From an uncultured Dictyoglomota bacterium (GTDB taxonomy: Bacteria > Dictyoglomota > Dictyoglomia > Dictyoglomales > Dictyoglomaceae): a stretch of 14,681 nt of DNA. The notes beneath the pieces are model-generated. The model worked only from the letters and a program-made list of their open reading frames with translations. It was not told where the DNA came from and did not search any database. Below, in pieces: positions 8,607 to 14,681 of this stretch; within the stretch, counting starts at the first letter, position 1, and the number at the start of each line of letters is the position of its first letter. The translations under genes were made by a program, and so were the position numbers. The DNA lies in assembly GCA_964654465.1 (NCBI GenBank), contig CAZZIO010000055.1, positions 1-14,681 of the forward strand, read 5' to 3'.

Positions 8607-9044
8607 ATGAGATTAGGAAATAAACCTATTCCAGAAAATATAATGGGGTTAATCCCAAAAGCTCAAAAGATTCTTGATGAGAATCCAAAGGTAATCTTTG
8701 CCTATCTTTTTGGAGGACTAGCAAGAGGAAGAATTACCCCTATTAGTGATGTGGATATAGCAGTATATCTAAAAGATTTTAAAAGTGAGGAGGACATTTT
8801 TGATATAAAATTAGAGCTTTTAACTTCTTTATCAGAAGTATTAAATACAGAAGAAATTGATTTAGTGGTATTAAATACTGCTCCTTTACCTTTAAAAGCA
8901 AGAATTATACAGAATAAACAAGTATTGGTAGATAAAGATCCAAATTTTAGATACTCTTTTGAATCTTTAACTTTAAGAAAGTATTTTGACTTCTCTATTA
9001 AAGAGAAGGCAATTCTTTATAGGAGATTTGGCATTGGTAGATAG
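8607..9044 (+). CDS. mntA: MntA-type minimal nucleotidyltransferase antitoxin
   Basis: YLFGG-x10-DVD Pol-beta superfamily motif, third acidic residue in EIDLVVL, 145 aa, overlapping a HEPN gene downstream. Confidence 0.88.
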   Translation: MRLGNKPIPENIMGLIPKAQKILDENPKVIFAYLFGGLARGRITPISDVDIAVYLKDFKSEEDIFDIKLELLTSLSEVLNTEEIDLVVLNTAPLPLKARIIQNKQVLVDKDPNFRYSFESLTLRKYFDFSIKEKAILYRRFGIGR

Positions 9045-9456
9045 AGAGCTGATTTTAAGAAAATTATCAGAAATTGAAGAGCATCTTCAAGAATTAGAAG
9101 AATTCAAAGATATATCCATTGAGAATTATGAGAAAGATTGGAAAATTCAAAGAATTGTAGAGAGAACTCTTCAAATTCTTATAGAAATTTGCATAGACAT
9201 AGCTAATCATATAATTTCTGATGAAAAATGGAGGGTTCCTTCAAGCTATAGTGAAACCTTTAAAATTCTATATGAAAATAGAGTTATTGATAGTGCACTT
9301 TTCAAAAATTTGGAAAAAATGGCTAAATTCAGAAATATCATTGTTCACAACTATGATAAAATTTCTCCAGAAGTAATGGTTAATATTCTTAGGAAAGAAT
9401 TAATTGATTTTTTAAAATTTAAGGATAGTATAATTCTTTGGCTATCTAATAAGTAA
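9034..9456 (+). CDS. hepT: HepT-type HEPN (DUF86) ribonuclease toxin, about 140 aa
   Basis: RNIIVHNY matches the Rx4HxY motif; ERTLQILIE helix. Start placed at TTG 9034 (AGGAG 9021-9025, MVDRELI...), overlapping the end of mntA. Confidence 0.88.
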   Translation: MVDRELILRKLSEIEEHLQELEEFKDISIENYEKDWKIQRIVERTLQILIEICIDIANHIISDEKWRVPSSYSETFKILYENRVIDSALFKNLEKMAKFRNIIVHNYDKISPEVMVNILRKELIDFLKFKDSIILWLSNK

Positions 9457-9478
9457 TATATAGCAAGGCAAATGTATT

Positions 9479-10429
9479 CTACCGTGAGCCCTCTAAGCTA
9501 CTTAAATCCTCAAAACAATCTAAACAAACCATTTTTCCTTCTTTTATTCTTATACTTCTTTCGCTTGCCATCTCCCCACATATCTCACATTTTATAGAAG
9601 GGTATATTCTCGCTCTCTTAGGAATAGGGTCCTTAGGAGGCTTAAAATCAAAAAGTTCTTCTAAAGATGATGTAAGAATATACCTTGTCCATTCATCTCT
9701 GTCTTCTCCTCTTTTTCCTCCTTTAAAAACTATTCTTACTCCCTCATTGGTATCCCTTCTAAGAAAGGTAAATGCTTGTTTTCCTTTATCCTTAAAGATA
9801 AGATTTCCTTTACCAAAGGTGCACCCAATTATATACTGTATTGCATCCACTCCACAAGCATTATTCTCCGTTATACATACCACCTCTTCATCCTCTGAAA
9901 AAGTCAAATTAAGCTTTTTAATAGCAGCTTCTGCTGCCCTATATCCTATAGCAAGTCCAGGACATGAATGCCCATGAAAAGATACACATTCATCCCAAAG
10001 AAGATCGTTGAAAAAGATTTTTCTTCTTGGCCTTTTTATAGCATCAAGGTCATATACATAAGGCTTAATATCTAAAAGAGGACTTTTATCCAAGGCATCT
10101 AAACCTTTAACAACTAAATTATTCCCTTCGATTCTCACAAGATCCACAACACAAAAAGCAATTGGATTTGGCCTTGATGGAGATCTAGTAGCAAAAACTC
10201 CTTTTTCTTCAGGTCCCCATGGAGTTACTGTTTTTAATACATCTCTTCTTGCCCTATCACACCAGTACAGAACAATAATATGTCTCAAATCTTGAAGATT
10301 CTGAATTGCATCTATATATTCTGGAAATACCTCAATAATAGATTCTTCTACAGGATTTGCCCATCTTCCTTGAAAAGGACCCTTTTCTTTATACGGACTA
10401 TGAATTATTCCGATAGGTTTTAATTCCGT
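9479..10429 (-). CDS. Fusion of a TsaA/TrmO-like SAM-binding domain, an FmdE domain and a C-terminal C4 zinc finger (316 aa); first codon is ACG
   Basis: The frame extends 47 codons above the ORF-track start: (ACG)ELKPIGIIHSPYKEK...IIEVFPEY. TsaA motifs GVFATRSPSRPNPI and LDALDKSPLLDIKPY; FmdE motifs FHGHSCPGLAIGYR, ENNACGVDAIQ, GCTFGKGNL; CEIC...CLDC finger. Confidence 0.85.
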   Translation of the reverse strand, partial: TELKPIGIIHSPYKEKGPFQGRWANPVEESIIEVFPEYIDAIQNLQDLRHIIVLYWCDRARRDVLKTVTPWGPEEKGVFATRSPSRPNPIAFCVVDLVRIEGNNLVVKGLDALDKSPLLDIKPYVYDLDAIKRPRRKIFFNDLLWDECVSFHGHSCPGLAIGYRAAEAAIKKLNLTFSEDEEVVCITENNACGVDAIQYIIGCTFGKGNLIFKDKGKQAFTFLRRDTNEGVRIVFKGGKRGEDRDEWTRYILTSSLEELFDFKPPKDPIPKRARIYPSIKCEICGEMASERSIRIKEGKMVCLDCFEDLSSLEGSR

Positions 10430-10446
10430 AAGAATCCCTCCCTTTA

Positions 10447-11199
10447 CTACATAGGTATCACTATAGGAATACCTCTTACCTTTTCTAAAATTACAGGTAT
10501 TCCATAAACCTCTTTAATCACTTCCTCATTAATCGAATTTATATCTCCATAAGAAAATATGGTACCGTTTTTTAAAAATATGAATTTATCTGAAAATCTA
10601 AAAGCCAGATTTAAATCATGAAGCACTATAATAGCTAATATATCTTGGGTTTTAACATGCTCTTTCACTATACTGAGCACCTCTATCTGATTCTTTAAAT
10701 CCAAATTATTTGTTGGTTCATCCAAGAGCAAAATCTTAGGTTCCTGAGCAAGAGCCCTCGCAATAATAACCTTTTGAAGCTCTCCTCCTGATATCTCATT
10801 AATATTTCTTAAGGCCAAATCTTCCAAATTTAATCTTTCTATTATATTCCTTACAACTTCCATATCTTTTTGACTTACATCCCATTTAATATAAGGGCGT
10901 CTTCCTAAAAGAATAGCATCAAATACTGTTAAGTTTGTATAATCATACTTTTGGGAAACATAACCTATAATCTTTGCAAGATCCTTTCTTTTTATACTGC
11001 TCAAATCCTTCTTGTCCAAATATATAGCCCCTTCTTTAGGCTTTAAAATTCTGTTTATACACTTTAAAAGGGTAGATTTTCCTGCCCCATTATTCCCTAA
11101 AATACATAAAATCTCTCCCTTTTCTACTTTAAAAGATATATTTTTAAGAACAGGTACGCTCTTATAACTAAACCCAATATTCTCAATCTCAAGAATCAT
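10447..11199 (-). CDS. Metal-chelate ABC transporter ATP-binding protein (FecE/BtuD-like)
   Basis: GNNGAGKST, ISGGE signature, LLLDEP, VLHDLN; ATGA overlap with the permease stop. Confidence 0.93.
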   Translation of the reverse strand: MILEIENIGFSYKSVPVLKNISFKVEKGEILCILGNNGAGKSTLLKCINRILKPKEGAIYLDKKDLSSIKRKDLAKIIGYVSQKYDYTNLTVFDAILLGRRPYIKWDVSQKDMEVVRNIIERLNLEDLALRNINEISGGELQKVIIARALAQEPKILLLDEPTNNLDLKNQIEVLSIVKEHVKTQDILAIIVLHDLNLAFRFSDKFIFLKNGTIFSYGDINSINEEVIKEVYGIPVILEKVRGIPIVIPM

Positions 11200-12218
11200 C
11201 TTCTATACCTCTTAGAAAGAAGGTATAAAAAGAAAGGAGCACCAAGGAAAGAAGTAATAGCTCCAACAGGAAGAACAATTGGTGATATAATAGTTCTTGC
11301 CAGAGTGTCAGAAAGAAGAAGTAAGACCCCTCCAGAAATACCCGAAGCCGGAATTAAAAATCTATAATCATTTCCCACAAATCTTCTCATTATATGGGGA
11401 GAAATTAAGCCAATAAATCCAATAACTCCACAAGAGGCTGTCACTACAGCAGAGATAAAAGAGGAAATAAGCATACTAATAATTCTTTCCCTTTCCACAT
11501 TTATACCTAAGCTCTTTGCCGTTTCCTCTCCACTTTCCAAAGTATTATAATCCCACCTTTTAAACATAAAATATATAAAGCTAAGAAATACAGAAATAGT
11601 CATTATAGTAAGCTCTCTCCAAGAGATTCTCCCTAAATCTCCAAAGGTCCAAAAAACCACAGTAGCTATTTTCACTTCATCGGCAAAATATTGCAAAATT
11701 GTAGTAAGAGCAGAGAAAAGAGATCCTAAAGCAACACCAGAAAGAACCATAGCCTCAGGAGTTACCCTATAGTTTATGGAGAGAATAATAATAACAAAAG
11801 TTGCTAACATAGAGCCCCAAAAGGCAAAGAGAGGAACAAGATAAGGTATATTTTTACTTATCATAGTTATGGCCAATGTAGCACCAAAAGCTGCCCCTTG
11901 AGATATTCCTAAGGTAAAAGGAGAGGCTAAGGGATTTCTCAATATATTTTGGGAAATACATCCTGCTAAAGAAAGACCTATTCCAGCTACAACAGCCCCA
12001 ATAATCCTTGGTATCCTTATATCCCAAATTATAATTCTTAACCTTTCATCTCCTCTTCCCAAAATAGTCCTTATCACATCCTTAAGAGAGATACTATAGG
12101 ACCCCGCATTAAGGGCATAAAAGGAAATAAAAAGCATCCCAAAAGCTATAGAAAGAATTATCCATATCTTTCTATTTATGTATAACTTATATTCTTGAAT
12201 TAAATCTTTTCTTTCCAT
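11196..12218 (-). CDS. FecCD/BtuC-family ABC permease
   Basis: IRIPR, QNILRNPLASP, GVIGFIGLISPH, LPVGAITSFLGAPFF motifs; multiple hydrophobic segments. Confidence 0.93.
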   Translation of the reverse strand: MERKDLIQEYKLYINRKIWIILSIAFGMLFISFYALNAGSYSISLKDVIRTILGRGDERLRIIIWDIRIPRIIGAVVAGIGLSLAGCISQNILRNPLASPFTLGISQGAAFGATLAITMISKNIPYLVPLFAFWGSMLATFVIIILSINYRVTPEAMVLSGVALGSLFSALTTILQYFADEVKIATVVFWTFGDLGRISWRELTIMTISVFLSFIYFMFKRWDYNTLESGEETAKSLGINVERERIISMLISSFISAVVTASCGVIGFIGLISPHIMRRFVGNDYRFLIPASGISGGVLLLLSDTLARTIISPIVLPVGAITSFLGAPFFLYLLSKRYRR

Positions 12219-12221
12219 ACT

Positions 12222-13334
12222 TTACTCTTCCAGATTTACTTTTCTAAATCCGCCATATGCTTTTTCCATTTCTTTATAAATATTTCTTCCTCTTTCTCCA
12301 AAGAAGAGAGTATATATCTCATTTGCCTTTTCAACAGGATCTATATCTCTAAATTCCTTAGGATAAACTACCTTTGCAATATAATACATATCACAAAGAG
12401 CGGTATCAATATTGGTATTATAATTGTTATAGGGCAAGATACCATATATGTTTTGTTTCCTATATGCCTTTAAAGCTTTATAAAAATCAGGATTTTTACT
12501 AAAATCCTCTTTAACTAAATATAGATTTCCAAGGTCCACAAAAATAATATCAGGATCCCACAAAAGAAGTTTCTCCTTCTCAATAAAAATACTTCCCTTC
12601 TTACCAATAGAATCAGCCACATTCTTTATGTAAAGAGGAGTAAAAAGAGGAAAGAAACCTTGTGTACTCTCGATACCTCTTGCCCCCTTAAATCCTAAAG
12701 CTCCTACATAAACACTTGGCCTGTTTGTATCCCTAATATACTTTGTCCTTAATGTAAAACTTCTTTGGGTATTTTTTATAAAGGAGATAAGAGCTTTTAC
12801 CCTTGGCTCTTTATCTAAAACCTTGCCTATAAGTTCTATAGATTTGAATAAATCCTCTTCAAAGGTCCCAAGAGTTCCATAACTTAATACTACCACAGGA
12901 ATCTTTGTCCTACTCTGAAGTTTATCTGCTCCATCTTTATCTAAAAGCTGGATTGCAAAAATTACGTCAGGATTTACAGAGATGATCTTTTCAGGATCAG
13001 GAGATGTATCAGGTCCTCCTTGCCCTATTATTGGAAGTCTTTCAATAATATCACTAAAGGCCATATTATAACTACGTCCTATTGTGTATTTTTTATCTAT
13101 ATTCTCTACTCCCACAATTCGACTAAACTGATCCACATAACTCACTAACCTCAAAGCTCCAGGTCCAATAGCAACTACTCTTTTTACAGGTTTATTTATT
13201 TCCACCTTTCTCCCTAAAAGATCTGTAATTTCTATCCTTGATTTACCTTGGGAAAAGGTGAAATCAATAAGAAAAAATACTAATAAAATCAGCAAAACAA
13301 TATATTTCATAAAACATAGTTTCTTCCTTGCCAT
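12222..13334 (-). CDS. Solute-binding protein of the iron-siderophore/cobalamin (helical backbone) class, about 370 aa
   Basis: Signal-peptide-like N-terminus without an obvious lipobox, ITDLLGRKVEI, EKIISVNPDVI, EKLLLWDPDIIF. GGAGGAGGT just upstream of ATG 13334 favours this start over GTG 13361. Confidence 0.92.
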   Translation of the reverse strand: MARKKLCFMKYIVLLILLVFFLIDFTFSQGKSRIEITDLLGRKVEINKPVKRVVAIGPGALRLVSYVDQFSRIVGVENIDKKYTIGRSYNMAFSDIIERLPIIGQGGPDTSPDPEKIISVNPDVIFAIQLLDKDGADKLQSRTKIPVVVLSYGTLGTFEEDLFKSIELIGKVLDKEPRVKALISFIKNTQRSFTLRTKYIRDTNRPSVYVGALGFKGARGIESTQGFFPLFTPLYIKNVADSIGKKGSIFIEKEKLLLWDPDIIFVDLGNLYLVKEDFSKNPDFYKALKAYRKQNIYGILPYNNYNTNIDTALCDMYYIAKVVYPKEFRDIDPVEKANEIYTLFFGERGRNIYKEMEKAYGGFRKVNLEE

Positions 13335-13354
13335 CTTTACCTCCTCCATTTTAA

Positions 13355-13382
13355 GTAGCACTTTTTTGAAAAATTATAACAC
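13355..13382 (-). promoter_or_regulatory. NikR-like 28-bp operator overlapping an extended -10 promoter of the ABC operon
   Basis: Minus strand GTGTTA-N16-TGCTAC, the same geometry as the E. coli NikR operator GTATGA-N16-TCATAC; contains TGTTATAAT (13381-13373). Confidence 0.55.
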
Positions 13383-13476
13383 AAAAACAGACAATCTTAA
13401 ACAAAAAGACCTACAAAAACTATAAGAAGTTAAGTTATAATTGATATAAAGATTAGGAAAGAGGGGGAAGATAATA

Positions 13477-13809
13477 GTGGAAAAGGTAAACGAGAGGGAG
13501 AAGGAATTTAGGTTTGGAGATTGGGGCCCAAAATATTTAATGAGAGGACCTAAATTAGAGTGGGGAATATTAAAAATAACTCCAGGAAAAGAATTAGGAG
13601 CTCATTACCATAAAGAAGTTGAAGAAATATTTTACGTATTGTCTGGAAAGGCCGAGATGATTGTAGACGAAAATAAATTTGAAATAACACAAGGAGATGC
13701 TGTAAGAGTTGAGGCAAATGAGGAACACAACATTATCAATCCTTCAGAAGATTTTCTTGCGGTATTTATAAAGGTACCATATATCCCAGAAGATAAATAT
13801 ACAAAATAA
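13477..13809 (+). CDS. Cupin-domain protein
   Basis: HYHKEVEEIFYVLSG and GDAVRVEANEEH metal-binding motifs; GTG start after GAGGGGG; TATAAT at 13436-13441. Confidence 0.88.
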   Translation: MEKVNEREKEFRFGDWGPKYLMRGPKLEWGILKITPGKELGAHYHKEVEEIFYVLSGKAEMIVDENKFEITQGDAVRVEANEEHNIINPSEDFLAVFIKVPYIPEDKYTK

Positions 13810-13824
13810 TAACGGAGAATTATT

Positions 13825-14271
13825 ATGTCCATCAAAAAAGGAGAAAATATTGAAGGAATTTACAAATACAAAAAGGAGAAAGAAGTAAAACTTCCCTTAT
13901 TCATATCAAAAGTTCCCGCAGGATTTCCCTCACCAGCAGAAGACTATATAGAAAAATATTTAGACCTCAATGAACTCCTCATAAAACATCCATCTGCCAC
14001 CTTTTTTGTCAAAGTCTCTGGAAACTCTATGATAAATGCAGGAATTTACGATGGAGATATTTTAATTGTAGATAGAGCTTTAGAACCACAAAATAACGAT
14101 ATAGTTATTGCAGTAATAGATGGAGAGCTTACTGTAAAAAGATTGATTATAAAAAATAAAAAGATATATCTTTACCCTGAAAACTCCAACTATAAACCTA
14201 TAGAAGTGGGAAGTGAAGAAAGTAATTTTATAATTTGGGGTGTTGCTACCTACGTTATTCATAAATTATGA
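13825..14271 (+). CDS. umuD: UmuD-like S24 autoproteolytic subunit of DNA polymerase V
   Basis: VPAGFPSPA cleavage site (A32-G33), catalytic S68 (GNSM) and K105 (TVKR) with the same spacing as E. coli G25/S60/K97; no N-terminal DNA-binding domain; overlaps umuC. Confidence 0.93.
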   Translation: MSIKKGENIEGIYKYKKEKEVKLPLFISKVPAGFPSPAEDYIEKYLDLNELLIKHPSATFFVKVSGNSMINAGIYDGDILIVDRALEPQNNDIVIAVIDGELTVKRLIIKNKKIYLYPENSNYKPIEVGSEESNFIIWGVATYVIHKL

Positions 14272-14681
14272 AACACAAAAATGTATTCTTCATTGTAGAT
14301 TGTGATTCCTTTTATGCCTCCTGTGAAAGAATATTTAACCCAAAAACTTGGGGAAAACCTGTAGTAGTACTTTCTAATAATGATGGATGTGTGATCTCCA
14401 GATCTCAAGAGGCAAAAGATATTGGTATTGAAATGGGAGTTCCTGTTTTCAAATGCGAAGATCTAATAAAAAAGTATGATGTACAAGTTTTCTCAGCCAA
14501 TTTCACCCTATATGGAGATATCTCAAGAAGAGTAATGAATACTTTATCATTATTTTCGCCCGATATAGAGATCTACTCTATAGATGAAGCATTTTTAATG
14601 TTTCCATATGAAGAAAACAAAGATTATACATCCATAGGAAAAGAGATAAGAAAAACCATATTAAAATGGATAGGCATACCT
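14268..14681 (+). CDS. umuC: UmuC-like Y-family DNA polymerase, 5' part, truncated by window end
   Basis: ATGA overlap with umuD; MKHKNVFFIVDCDSFYASCE...PVVVLSNNDGCVISRSQEAK...LYGDISRRVM...YSIDEAFL; open to the end of the window. Confidence 0.95.
   Translation, partial: MKHKNVFFIVDCDSFYASCERIFNPKTWGKPVVVLSNNDGCVISRSQEAKDIGIEMGVPVFKCEDLIKKYDVQVFSANFTLYGDISRRVMNTLSLFSPDIEIYSIDEAFLMFPYEENKDYTSIGKEIRKTILKWIGIP

Noticed and set aside
8703..8756. GG instead of GS in the MntA motif as a sign of inactivation
   Set aside because: The Pol-beta superfamily motif allows G[GS], and the catalytic aspartates are intact.
9479..10020. FmdE domain as evidence of formylmethanofuran dehydrogenase or methanogenesis
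   Set aside because: No other fmd/fwd subunits are present; FmdE-like domains are widespread in non-methanogens.
7709..14262. Short ORFs 7709-7906, 9747-9977, 13632-13835 and 14080-14262
   Set aside because: Antisense to well-supported genes; no recognisable motifs.
13825..14271. LexA repressor
   Set aside because: Lacks the N-terminal winged-helix domain and is coupled to umuC.

Overview
AT-rich bacterial window. The K/E/I-rich proteins and a signal-peptide (non-lipoprotein) solute-binding protein would fit a thermophilic diderm such as Dictyoglomus, but this is inference only. Left to right: the 3' end of a beta-propeller-like repeat protein; a minus-strand Type III restriction-modification operon (very long Mod plus Res) preceded by a broken small ORF; a heavily decayed, internally deleted IS remnant with imperfect terminal inverted repeats; an alpha/beta hydrolase whose 5' end looks frameshifted; a MntA/HepT toxin-antitoxin pair that appears to be leaderless; a minus-strand metal-chelate ABC operon ending in a TsaA(TrmO-like)-FmdE-zinc-finger fusion that begins with ACG, with a NikR-like operator over the promoter; and a divergent cupin-umuD-umuC cluster (umuC cut by the window edge). 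No CRISPR array, rRNA or tRNA was seen. The best candidate for an under-described system is the putative NikR-controlled ABC plus TsaA-FmdE unit. All components belong to known families, so novelty is not established.
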